Shown here: piece by piece, positions 26,750-37,090 of the stretch
Position numbering within the stretch: the stretch's first letter is position 1
How the letters are laid out: each line of letters opens with the position of its first letter
From: the human T2T-CHM13v2.0 reference genome, Homo sapiens
Strand: one strand, 5' to 3'
Assembly: GCF_009914755.1 (NCBI RefSeq)
Contig: NC_060926.1
DNA length: 64,000 bases
Notes under the pieces: generated by a model
Told to the model about the DNA's origin: nothing
Databases searched by the model: none
What the model saw: the letters and a program-made list of their open reading frames with translations, nothing else
Translations under genes and position numbers: made by a program

Positions 26750-27220
26750 TGTGTTCTGGCTGTTTGGATCCCCACAAGCAGAACCTGACATAAGGACTTG
26801 GGTGCAAGTAGTTTATTTGGGAGGTGATCCCAGGAAGAAGGGGTGAGGGGTCAGGGAGAGTGAGACAGCCAACAAGGAGAAGCAAATGAAGGGCGCATTA
26901 TTATCAAGGTCTCAGCTCCAGGCCACAGAGGCCTGACTTCATTGGACCTCTGAGAAGTGTACAGATGCCTCCCAGAATCATTCTCTTGAAGGATGGCAAC
27001 CACTGGCTCCATCCTCACTGATTTGGGGTTGCCTGCGGAGGGCATTAGCTTTCCCTCATCTCTGAGCTGTGCCTCTACTTGGGATGAGCCTACTTGGGAT
27101 GAGTCTTCAGAGAAAGTCTGGAGGCAGAAAAGCAGTGAAATGCAGTGGGGCTGTTGTGCTAGAACAGTCAGCCCATGCAGCGCTTTCTGCCCCAGCAGCA
27201 GCTGCAATCAGAGGTGGACA
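26750..27220 (-). mobile_element. ERVL LTR16-like relic in intron 4
   Basis: AAGGACTTGGGTGCAAGTAGTTTATTTGGGAGGTGATCCCAGGAAG resembles the reverse of the LTR16 3' end. Confidence 0.6.
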
Positions 27221-27330
27221 GTTTCAAAGTGATGAGTTTAGATAATGTCTGTTATAGGAGTCGAGAGCTAAACTTCTCTGGAAATGGGGAACTGGTGCTG
27301 GGTGTTGAAGCATAAAGATGAGTTTGCATG

Positions 27331-27336
27331 GTGTGT

Positions 27337-27367
<31 letters not shown>

Positions 27368-27386
27368 CACGTGTGTGTTTGTGTGT
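27331..27386 (+). repeat. Interrupted (GT)n microsatellite in intron 4, ~90 nt upstream of exon 5
   Basis: GTGTGTGTGTGA(GT)12GCACGTGTGTGTTTGTGTGT. Confidence 0.95.
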
Positions 27387-27474
27387 ATGAAAGGCAATGG
27401 AGAGGGGAAAGCTTCTTGTAGGGAACTGGCACATGGAGAGCATTTAGAGAATTTATGCTGAATTTTTGTTACAG

Positions 27475-27488
27475 ATGTGACCCTATAA
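27475..27488 (+). CDS. ICOS: ICOS exon 5 coding part (D-V-T-L-stop)
   Basis: Acceptor TTTTTGTTACAG, then AT GTG ACC CTA TAA. Exon sum 58+336+107+85+14 = 600 nt = 199 aa plus stop. Confidence 0.97.
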
Positions 27489-29108
27489 TCTGGAACTCTG
27501 GCACCCAGGCATGAAGCACGTTGGCCAGTTTTCCTCAACTTGAAGTGCAAGATTCTCTTATTTCCGGGACCACGGAGAGTCTGACTTAACTACATACATC
27601 TTCTGCTGGTGTTTTGTTCAATCTGGAAGAATGACTGTATCAGTCAATGGGGATTTTAACAGACTGCCTTGGTACTGCCGAGTCCTCTCAAAACAAACAC
27701 CCTCTTGCAACCAGCTTTGGAGAAAGCCCAGCTCCTGTGTGCTCACTGGGAGTGGAATCCCTGTCTCCACATCTGCTCCTAGCAGTGCATCAGCCAGTAA
27801 AACAAACACATTTACAAAAAAAATGTTTTAAAGATGCCAGGGGTACTGAATCTGCAAAGCAAATGAGCAGCCAAGGACCAGCATCTGTCCGCATTTCACT
27901 ATCATACTACCTCTTCTTTCTGTAGGGATGAGAATTCCTCTTTTAATCAGTCAAGGGAGATGCTTCAAAGCTGGAGCTATTTTATTTCTGAGATGTTGAT
28001 GTGAACTGTACATTAGTACATACTCAGTACTCTCCTTCAATTGCTGAACCCCAGTTGACCATTTTACCAAGACTTTAGATGCTTTCTTGTGCCCTCAATT
28101 TTCTTTTTAAAAATACTTCTACATGACTGCTTGACAGCCCAACAGCCACTCTCAATAGAGAGCTATGTCTTACATTCTTTCCTCTGCTGCTCAATAGTTT
28201 TATATATCTATGCATACATATATACACACATATGTATATAAAATTCATAATGAATATATTTGCCTATATTCTCCCTACAAGAATATTTTTGCTCCAGAAA
28301 GACATGTTCTTTTCTCAAATTCAGTTAAAATGGTTTACTTTGTTCATGTTAGTGGTAGGAAACATTGCCCGGAATTGAAAGCAAATTTATTTTATTATCC
28401 TATTTTCTACCATTATCTATGTTTTCATGGTGCTATTAATTACAAGTTTAGCTCTTTTTGTAGATCATATTAAAATTGCAAACAAAATCATCTTTAATGG
28501 GCCAGCATTCTTATGGGGTAGAGCAGAATATTCATTTAGCCTGAAAGCTGCAGTTACTATAGGTTGCTGTCAGACTATACCCATGGTGCCTCTGGGCTTG
28601 ACAGGTCAAAATGGTCCCCATCAGCCTGGAGCAGCCCTCCAGACCTGGGTGGAATTCCAGGGTTGAGAGACTCCCCTGAGCCAGAGGCCACTAGGTATTC
28701 TTGCTCCCAGAGGCTGAAGTCACCCTGGGAATCACAGTGGTCTACCTGCGTTCATAATTCCAGGATCTGTGAAGAGCACATATGTGTCAGGGCACAATTC
28801 CCTCTCATAAAAACCACACAGCCTGGAAATTGGCCCTGGCCCTTCAAGATAGCCTTCTTTAGAATATGATTTGGCTAGAAAGATTCTTAAATATATGGAA
28901 TATGATTATTCTTAGCTGGAATATTTTCTCTACTTCCTGTCTGCATGCCCAAGGCTTCTGAAGCAGCCAATGTCGATGCAACAACATTTGTAACTTTAGG
29001 TAAACTGGGATTATGTTGTAGTTTAACATTTTGTAACTGTGTGCTTATAGTTTACAAGTGAGACCCGATATGTCATTATGCATACTTATATTATCTTAAG
29101 CATGTGTA

Positions 29109-29135
29109 ATGCTGGATGTGTACAGTACAGTACTG
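29109..29135 (+). promoter_or_regulatory. miRNA-site cluster in the ICOS 3'UTR (miR-338-3p 8-mer; offset miR-101 match)
   Basis: ATGCTGGA (29109-29116) is the 8-mer for seed CCAGCAU. ACAGTACTG (29127-29135) pairs with miR-101 nt 3-11 but is not a canonical nt 2-7 seed match. Confidence 0.5.
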
Positions 29136-29361
29136 AACTTGTAATTTGAATCTAGTATGGTGTTCTGTTTTCAGCTGACTTGGACAACCTGACTGGCTTT
29201 GCACAGGTGTTCCCTGAGTTGTTTGCAGGTTTCTGTGTGTGGGGTGGGGTATGGGGAGGAGAACCTTCATGGTGGCCCACCTGGCCTGGTTGTCCAAGCT
29301 GTGCCTCGACACATCCTCATCCCCAGCATGGGACACCTCAAGATGAATAATAATTCACAAA

Positions 29362-29374
29362 ATTTCTGTGAAAT
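29362..29374 (+). promoter_or_regulatory. Roquin constitutive decay element (CDE)-type stem-loop
   Basis: AUUUC-UGU-GAAAU: 5-bp stem with a Py-Pu-Py triloop, the CDE architecture. ICOS mRNA is an established Roquin target. Confidence 0.8.
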
Positions 29375-29436
29375 CAAATCCAGTTTTAAGAGGAGCCACT
29401 TATCAAAGAGATTTTAACAGTAGTAAGAAGGCAAAG

Positions 29437-29442
29437 AATAAA
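29437..29442 (+). terminator. ICOS: ICOS polyadenylation signal AATAAA
   Basis: GCAAAG-AATAAA-CATTTG with a downstream GU-rich element. Confidence 0.85.
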
Positions 29443-29827
29443 CATTTGATATTCAGCAACTGAAAATACCTCACTGTGTTTTCTTGGGGGGAGCAGGGAA
29501 TTGATTACCTTAGCTAGCATGTACAAATTTGACATTGTACTTGAAGATAGTTACATTGCTTGGAACAGTTGCTTTCTTTATTTTTTTTTTTTAATTTTGA
29601 AATAGCCACAAACTTATAAAACAGTTGGAAGCACAGCAAAAGGACTGTTCTTTTCCTGAGTAAGTTTCTGATCTAATGTCCTATCACCTTTGAATGGTAT
29701 TTTTTACAAACAAGAACACTGTCCTTCCTAACCATAGTATAGCCTTCAGAAAATTAACATTGATACATTGCTACCATCCAATCCTCAGAGCGCCTTCAAC
29801 ATTAGCCCTGTGCATTTAGTTGATATG

Positions 29828-30239
29828 TTTCATGCGCGTCTGTGTGAAGAGACCACCAAACAGGCTTTGTGTGAGCAATAAAGCTGTTTATTTCACCTGG
29901 GTGCAGGTGAGTTGAGTCCGAAAAGAGAGTCAGCGAAGGGAGATGGGGTGGGGCCGTTTTATAGAATTTGGGTACGTAAAGGAAAATTACATTCAAAGGG
30001 GGGTTGTTCTCTGGCGGGCAGAGTGGGGGTCACAAGGTGCTCAGTAGGGGAGCTTTTGAGCCAGGATGAGCCAGAAGAAGGAATTTCACAAGACGATGTC
30101 ATCAGTTAAGGCAGGAACAGGCCATTTTCACTTCTTTTATGGTGGAATGTCATCAGTTAAGGCAGGAACCGGCCATCTGGATGTGCACGTGCAGGTCACA
30201 GGGGATATGATGGCTTAGCTTGGGCTCAGAGGCCTGACA
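29828..30239 (-). mobile_element. HERV-H 3' LTR7 (412 bp)
   Basis: Same termini as the 5' LTR; preceded on the minus strand by PPT AGAAGACAGGAA (30240-30251); minus-strand AATAAA at 29887-29892. Confidence 0.95.
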
Positions 30240-30965
30240 TTCCTGTCTTCTTATATTAATAAGAAAAATAAAACGAAATAGTGGTAAAGTGTTGGGATGT
30301 CGAAAATTTTTGGGGGTGATATGGAGAGATAATGGGCGATGTTTCTCAGGGCTGCTTCGAGCGGGATTAGGGGTGGTGTGGGAACCTACAGTGGGAGAGA
30401 TTAAGCTGAAGGAAGATTTTGTGGTAAGGGGTGATATTGTGGGGTTGTTAGAAGAAACATTTTTCATTTAGAATTATTGGTGATGGCCTGGATACGGTTT
30501 TGTATGAATTGAAAAACTAAACGGAATAAGAGAAGGAGAAAAACAGGTATTAAAGGTCTAAGAATTGGGAGGACCCGGGACATCTAATTAGAGAGTGCCT
30601 AAGGAGGTTCAGCATAGCCTTGCCAGTAAAGATTATTTATTTACTTCAAGAGCTAAGAGTGGCAGTTTGGGGATAGCACCAGGGGATATCAGCTGTGATG
30701 ACTTGGAGAAACAGTGTAAACCGGCAGTGTAAACAAGAGCAGGGCATGTATGAGTAGCTGAGAACGGTGAATAGGAGTGTGACTAGACAGAAGATGGTAG
30801 GGATGACAAGTTTTTCTGGGGCACAGTCTAAGTTAGTCTGGTGTCTGGAATGAGACTGGGGCCTAATAAAGAGGAGCATCCATACAGGAGCTCAAATGGG
30901 CTGTACGCTGTAGCATTCTGAGGACAGGTCTGACTTCTGAGAAGGGAAAGTGGTAAAAGTATTGT

Positions 30966-32617
30966 CTAGTCCTTTTTAAGTTGGTGGCTGAGCTTGGTGA
31001 GGTGTGTTTTTAAAAGACCATTAGTCTGTTCTACTTTTCCTGAAGACTGAGGACTGTAAGGGATATAAAGGTTTCCCTGAATACTAAGAGCTTGAAAAAC
31101 TGCTTGGCTGATTTGACTAATAAAGGCTGGTCTGTTATCAGACTGTATAGAGGTGGGAAGGCTAAACTGAGGAATTATGTCTGACAGAAGGGAAGAAATG
31201 ACTGCGGTGGCCTTCTCAGACACTGTAGGAAAGGACTCTACCTATATAGTGAAAGTGTCTACCTAGACTAAGAGGTATTTTAGTTATCTGACTCGGGGCA
31301 TGTTGAGTAAAGCTAATTTGCCAGTCCTGGGTGGGGGCAAATCCTCGAGCTTGATGTGTAGGGAAGGGAGGGGGCCTGAATAATCCCTGAGGAGTAGTAG
31401 AATAGCAGATGGAACACTGAGAAGTTATTTCCTTGAGGATAGATTTCCACGATGGAAAGGAAATGAGAGGTTCTAAGAGGCGGGCTAGTGGCTGGTACTG
31501 TAGCATAGCCTGCCTTTGCTGGTGTGTGGAGATTAGGCCTGGTGGAACTGCCATCAATAAACTAAGTGTGATCAGGGTGAGAGACAGGGAAGAAGGAAAT
31601 GTGGGGAAATGGGGTGAACGCAGGTGGATCAGAGAGATGCAGTCATGAGGGTCAGGTGTGGTATCAGGAATAATGTGGGAGGCCGGATTGAAGTCCGGGC
31701 CAGGAACAATGGTAATTGCGGGACTTAACAAAGAGTAAGTACAGCTGAAGGAGCCGGGGTACAGAAAGTATATGCATCAGGTATGAGGAAGAAAATAGAT
31801 TTTGGAAGTTATGAGAAATGTAGAGAGTAAGTTGAGCATAGTTTGTGATTTTGAGGGCCTCTAAAAGTATCAGGGCGGCAGCAGCCGCTGCAAGGAGACA
31901 TGGTGGCTAGGCTAAAACAGTAAGGTCAAGTTGTTTGGACAGAAAGGCTACAGGGTGCCTTCCTGGCTCTTGTGTAAGATCTCTGACCGCACTAACCATG
32001 CCTAGGACGGAAAGGAGTTGTTGTTTTGTAAGGGATTGAGGTTTGGGAGATTAATCGGACACGATCAGCAGGGACAGCGCGTGTGTTTTTATGAGAATTA
32101 TGCTGAGATAGGTAACAGATAAGGAAGAAATTTGGGCTTGACTGAAGTAATGGGGGCTGTCTGTGAAGCTTTGCGGCAGTACAGCCCAGGTAATTTGCTG
32201 AGCTTGATGGGTGTCAGGGTCAGTCCAAGTGAAAGCGAAGAGAGGCTGGGATTAAGGGTGCAAAGGAATAGTAAAGAAAGCATGTTTGAGATCCAGAACA
32301 GAATAATGGGTTGTGGAGGGAGGTATTGAGGATAGGAGAGTATATGGGTTTGGCACCACGGGGTGGATAGGCAAAACAATTTGGTTGCTAAGGCATAGAT
32401 CCTGAACTAACTTGTAAGGCTTGTCTGGTTTTAGGACCGGTAAAATGGGGAAATTATAAGGAGAGTTTATAGGCTTTAAAAGGCCATGCTGTAGCAGGTG
32501 AGTGATAGCAGGCTTTAATCCTTTCAAAGCATGCTGTGGGATGGGATATTGGCATTGAGCCGGGTAAGGGTGATTAGGTTTTAATGGGATGGTAAGGGGT
32601 GCATGATCGGTCGCCAA
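30966..32617 (-). pseudogene. HERV-H pol remnants (RT and integrase)
   Basis: RT: SPYNFPILPVLKPDKPYKLVQDL...YSVLDLKHAFFTIPLHP (32252..32617). IN: IQSDNRPAF...PYSPQSSGKVEQTNGLLK (30966..31223). Multiple stops, frameshifts and deletions. Confidence 0.9.
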
Positions 32618-32805
32618 GGAGGGAGTAGAGGTATCTTATACTTGTGGGTTAAGGTGGGGGAATACAAGAGGAGGATGCAAAGGAGGCTTTGGATTGGGAA
32701 GAAGGGCAGCAATGAGATGTAGCTGTAGTCCAGGAATAGTCAGGGAAGCAGATAATTTAGTTAAAGTGTCTCGGCCTAATAAGGGAACTGGGCAGGTGGG
32801 GATAA

Positions 32806-32994
32806 CTAAAAGGAGTGCTTAGAAGAGTATTGTCTAAGTTGGCTCCAGAGTTGGGGAGTTTTAAGAGGTTTAGAAGCCTGGCTGTCAATACCCACAACAG
32901 TTATGGAGGCAAGGGAAACAGGCCCTTGAAAAGAAGGTAATGTGGAGTGGGTAGCCTCCGTATTGATTAAGAAGGGGACTGGCTTACCTTCCAC
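32806..32994 (-). pseudogene. HERV-H protease remnant
   Basis: FLINTEATHSTL corresponds to the L(I/V)DTGA active site with the catalytic Asp lost. Confidence 0.8.
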
Positions 32995-33060
32995 TGTGAG
33001 AGTTACCCGAAGCTTGGCGTCCGTGATGGTCTAGGGGGATTCTGAGGCGATCGGGCAGCA

Positions 33061-33750
33061 TCAGTCTTCAGCTGCTAAGCCAAGAAGGTCTGGGAAGGAG
33101 TCAGAGAGCCTTGGGCCAGAGTTCCAGGGGCTCTGGGAGTGGCTGCCAAGGTGAGTGGGACAGTCCGATTTCCAGTGGGGTCCTGCACAGATGGGACGCG
33201 GCTTAGGAGGAATCCTGGGCTGCAGGCATTCCTTGGCCTGGTGGCCAGATTTCTGGCACTTGTAGCAAGCTCCTGGGGGAGGAGCTTCTGGAGGAACGCC
33301 TGGTGGCTGCGGTTCAAGCGTTTGGAAGTTCTTGTGTGCTGGAGATGTGTCTGGGGTTTGTCTCACAGTGGAGGCAAGGAATTGCAACTTTTTTCTATTA
33401 TTGTACACCTTGAAGGCTAGGTTAATTAAATCCTGTTGTGTGGTTTGAGGGCTGGAATTTAATTTTTGGAGTTTTATTTAATGTCAAGAGCAGATTGGGT
33501 AATAAAATGTATTTTGAGAATAAGACGGCCTTTTGACCTTTTAGGGTCTAGGGCTGTAAAGTGTCTCAGGGTTGCTGCCAAACGAGTCATGAACTGGGCT
33601 GGGTTTTTCATATTTGATGAAAGAGTCTAAATGCTCACTGATTTGGGAGAGGTCTGATAAATAAAAAGGAGCATTAACCTTGACTATGCCTTTAGCTTCA
33701 GCCACCTTTTTAACAGTGAATTGCTGGGCAGGTGGGGGAGGACTAGACAC
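33061..33750 (-). pseudogene. HERV-H gag remnant with CCHC zinc knuckle
   Basis: ORF 33061..33408 contains CYKCQKSGHQAKEC and a degenerate second knuckle (RPICAGPHWKSDC); frames are fragmented. Confidence 0.85.
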
Positions 33751-34360
33751 GGAACGAAACTGTAAGCCGGACTGGGTGTGAGGAGGGGAGGTGATAAAAG
33801 GATTATAGGGTGGAGGAGCGGAGGCTGAGGAAGAATTGGGACCTACCTCAGCCTGGCCAGGAGGGGAGAGGTCAGATAGGTCTGTAGAAAAGGAAGATTA
33901 GAAAGACTCAGTGACGCTTGGGGTTGGGACTGAGGGGACAAGTGGGAGGGAAAGAAGGATTTGGGACGAGTTGCACTGGGCACAGAGACTAGAAAGGGAC
34001 TGATGTGTAAAAGAATGCCTGGACGTCAGCCACCTCAGACCGTTTGCCTATTTTATGACAAGAATTATTTAGATCTTGCAGGATGGAAAAATTGAAAGTG
34101 CCATTTTCTGGCTATTTGGAACTACTGTCGAGTTTGTATTGGGGTCAAGCGGCATTGCAGAAGAAAATAAGATGCTTAGATTTTAGGTCAGGTGAGAGTT
34201 GAAGAGGTTTTAAGTTCTTAAGAACACAGGCTAAGGGAGAAGAAGTAGGAATGGAGGGTGGAAGTTTGCCCATAGTGAAGGAGGCAAGCCCAGAGAAAAG
34301 AGAGTAGAGACATGGAGGGAAGGGGTTTGGGGGTTCTTACCCTCCAGAAAAGCGGGAAAG

Positions 34361-34563
34361 GGGTCGGGGCACAGAGATACGAGGTCAGGGCGTGGAAATA
34401 AGGGATTGGGGCACAGAGATATAGAGGTTGGGGTGTGGAAATAAGGGATCGGGTGCAGAGATATAAGAGGTTGGGGCACGGAAATAAGGGATCAGGGTGC
34501 AGAGATATAAGGGGTCAGGGTGCGGAAATAAGAGATCAGGGCGCAGAGATACGAGGTTGGGGT
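34361..34563 (-). repeat. Tandem ~20-bp repeat array in the HERV-H leader
   Basis: Alternating units GGGGCACAGAGATA.. and GGGGCACGGAAATAAGGGAT.. Confidence 0.85.
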
Positions 34564-35144
34564 ACTTGCTCCTCCCCTAGAAAAGTGGGACTTGCCGCTA
34601 AGGGTGAAGGAGAAGTGGTCAGGGGTTTCTTGCCCCCCAGAAAGGCGGAGAAGGGGTAGAGACACAGAAGGGGTTGGAGTACTTGCCCCTCCCCCAGAAA
34701 AGTGGGACTTGCCGCTAAGCATGAAGGACCAAGGCAGGCATCCCTGCGTGGTCTGACACCTCTGAAACATGGGTAAATAATCAGAGAGGTGTCCCTGCAA
34801 TGATTAAACACCAAGGGAAGGCTGCCTTCCCAGTCCGTGACCGGTGCCGGAGTTTTGGGTCCACGGATAAAATGTGTCTCCTTTGTCTCTACCAGAAAAT
34901 GAAAGGAATTGAAATTAAAAGAAGGGAGAGATTGAAGTGTGGTGCCAAGACTGAAAGGAGAAAGAGGTTGAGGGATAGTGAGGGAGGTTGGAGAAGAGAG
35001 TAAAAAGAGGCCGCTTACTGGATTTGAAATTGGTGAGATGTTTCTTGGGCTGGTCGGTCTGAGGACCTGAGGTCACAGGTGGATCTTTCTCATGGAGCAA
35101 AGAACAGGAGGACCGGGGATTGATCTCCCAAGGGAGGTCCCCCG

Positions 35145-35162
35145 ATCCGAGTCACAGCACCA
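35145..35162 (-). promoter_or_regulatory. Primer-binding site complementary to tRNA-His
   Basis: Minus strand TGGTGCTGTGACTCGGAT, one mismatch from the complement of the tRNA-His 3' end (TGGTGCCGTGACTCGGAT). Confidence 0.92.
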
Positions 35163-35164
35163 AA

Positions 35165-35523
35165 TTTCATGTGCGTCTGTGTGAAGAGACCACCAAACAG
35201 GCTTTGTGTGAGCAATAAAGCTGTTTATTTCACCTGGGTGCAGGTGGGTTGAGTCCGAAAAGAGTCAGCGAAGGGAGATGGGGTGGGGCCGTTTTATAGG
35301 ATTTGGGTATGTAAAGGAAAATTACAGTCAAAGGGGGGTTGTTCTCTGGCAGGCAGAGTGGGGGTCACAAGGTGCTCAGTAGGGGAGCTTTTGAGCCAGG
35401 ATGAGCCAGGAGAAGGAACTTCACAAGACAATGTCATCAGTTAAGGCAGGAATTGGCCATCTGGATGTGTATGTGCAGGTCACAGGGGATATGATGGCTT
35501 AGCTTAGGCTCAGAGGCCTGACA
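35165..35523 (-). mobile_element. HERV-H 5' LTR7 (359 bp)
   Basis: Minus strand starts TGTCAGGCCTCTGAGCC and ends ...CATGAAA, followed by TT and the PBS. Confidence 0.95.
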
Positions 35524-36699
35524 ATATGTTTCTGTAGTGTCCAGTCTGGACAGTTTCTCAGTCTAGACTTCACGGCCTTGACACTTTTGAAGATTAGAAG
35601 CAGTTGTTTTGTAGAACATCCCTTGTTTGGGTCAGTCTGATGTTTCTTCATGATTAAAATCAGGTTCTTCATCTTTGGCAGAAATAACACAGAAGTGACA
35701 TTGCACTCTTTTAATTGCATCCTATCAGGCAGCTCACAGTTTCGATTTGTTACATTACTGATAATGTTCATTGTCATCACTTGACTAAGGTGGTGTGTGT
35801 CAACCTTCTCTACCACAAAGTAATTCTTGTCCCCTTTATATTTTAATAAAGATTTTATGGGAAAGTACTTTGAAACTTTGTAAATCTTCTGTTCCTTGTG
35901 AAAAATTTTATTTATTTGTTCATTTATATCTGTATGGCATCATGGCATCCTACTTTATTCAATAGATAAAAATTTGTTACTATCATTATTCTGTTTTGAT
36001 ACTGAAATTGCCCCTTCCTTGGCCAGCAGGAGCCCATTCCAACTGGGTCTTGTGTTCTTCCACCATGTCCTCAATGTTCTTTCAGCACTCTTGCTTTCTG
36101 GAAGAATGAGCTAGTCCATCCTCAGTTTGAGCTTTCACTGTCCCAGTGCTGGAATCAGCTGCTTCTCCAAGAGCCCTGGTTTCTTTGAGAGATGGTTGTA
36201 GAAGCTAAGACCTAGGCATTAGTTCTGCTCATTGCTATTGGAATCTCACTGCTCCTAGGTCCTATCAGTGGACAGAGCTAGGGATAGATATCTATCCAGA
36301 TAAATAGATAAATATGTGTATAAATATAAATGTAGATGTAAATGTGTGTGCATATATGTGTATGTGTGAATACAAATATATATTTATATAATATGTATAA
36401 GCAGATGTAAATGTGTGTATATATGCATCCACATACACATTAGTCTGCCTCTATATTTGTCTATCCTACCTAGAAATCCATGAGTTCACACCCAAGCCAT
36501 TAATTCTGATACAACACTACATGGTGATTCATTCTAGTCTTATCCCTTTCTTTTATTTATCCTTCTTCTGACAGTGAGAAACCTCACTTTTAGATCCTTA
36601 CTACATTCATTATTTGATCAATCCCCTAGTATGAAACTCACCTCCCATCTTCTTCCTCACTCCTTCCCCACGTGGTTCCCTCCTCTCTCTGCCTCTGCT

Positions 36700-37090
36700 C
36701 TGACTTCTCATTCCAGGCTGCCTGTTCCTGTTACCCACTTTGCCCAGGTGGCACTGTGTCTCCCCTTGCTGGGCTCTCCCATACCATGGATTCCCTTTTC
36801 ACCCTGTTTGGGCTCCAACACTCCAGGCTGGGTCATTCCTCCTTGAGGATGCTCTCCATACCGTGCCTGGGCCTGCTCAGGGCCACAGTAGATCTTTGGG
36901 CTAGGGTGGATGATCCTATGGCTTATGCTTTGCACCACCTCCCACAGTGTGCTTTGGTGATAAGTTCCATTGCCTACCATGATCACTGGCTAGATGCATG
37001 TTGCTGGTGTTTTCTTCACCTGCCATGTAAACTTTTCACCCTGGAATTCTTGTCTCAGTGCTTATTTCTAGAAGAGCTCAAACTAAGACA
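36700..37090 (+). mobile_element. ERVL-type LTR relic (LTR16-like 3' end)
   Basis: Ends CTTGTCTCAGTGCTTATTTCTAGAAGAGCTCAAACTAAGACA. Confidence 0.45.

Larger units (their letters stand above)
27489..29462 (+). other. ICOS: ICOS 3'UTR (~2 kb)
   Basis: Runs from the stop codon to ~20 nt past AATAAA (29437); U/GU-rich sequence follows (CACTGTGTTTTCTT, ~29472). Confidence 0.85.
29828..35523 (-). mobile_element. HERV-H provirus, ~5.7-kb env-deleted form
   Basis: Two LTR7s, tRNA-His PBS, polypurine tract, gag/pro/pol remnants, and a 5-bp TSD ATATG at 29823-29827 and 35524-35528. Confidence 0.97.
29590..36620 (-). mobile_element. Old L1 (L1MC/ME-like) 3' region split by the HERV-H insertion (29590-29827 and 35524-36620)
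   Basis: The reconstructed empty site GCATTTAGTTG-ATATG-TTTCTGTAGTGTCCAGTCTGGACAGTTTCTCAGTC reads continuously as old L1 3'UTR-like sequence. Confidence 0.6.

Noticed and set aside
29127-29135. Canonical miR-101 seed site
   Set aside because: The sequence is GTACTGA, not (G)TACTGT; only an offset match, so it is kept at low confidence.
29826-29827. TG as the LTR terminus (TG...CA rule)
   Set aside because: The 5' LTR/PBS junction shows the LTR ends in ...CATGAAA, and these two bases belong to the ATATG TSD.
30966-33750. Functional retroviral gag/pro/pol genes
   Set aside because: Frames are broken, the protease catalytic Asp is lost, large pol deletions are present and env is missing.
34361-34720. 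Regularly spaced repeats resembling a CRISPR array
   Set aside because: Degenerate tandem units without unique spacers, inside the HERV-H leader; human DNA with no cas genes.
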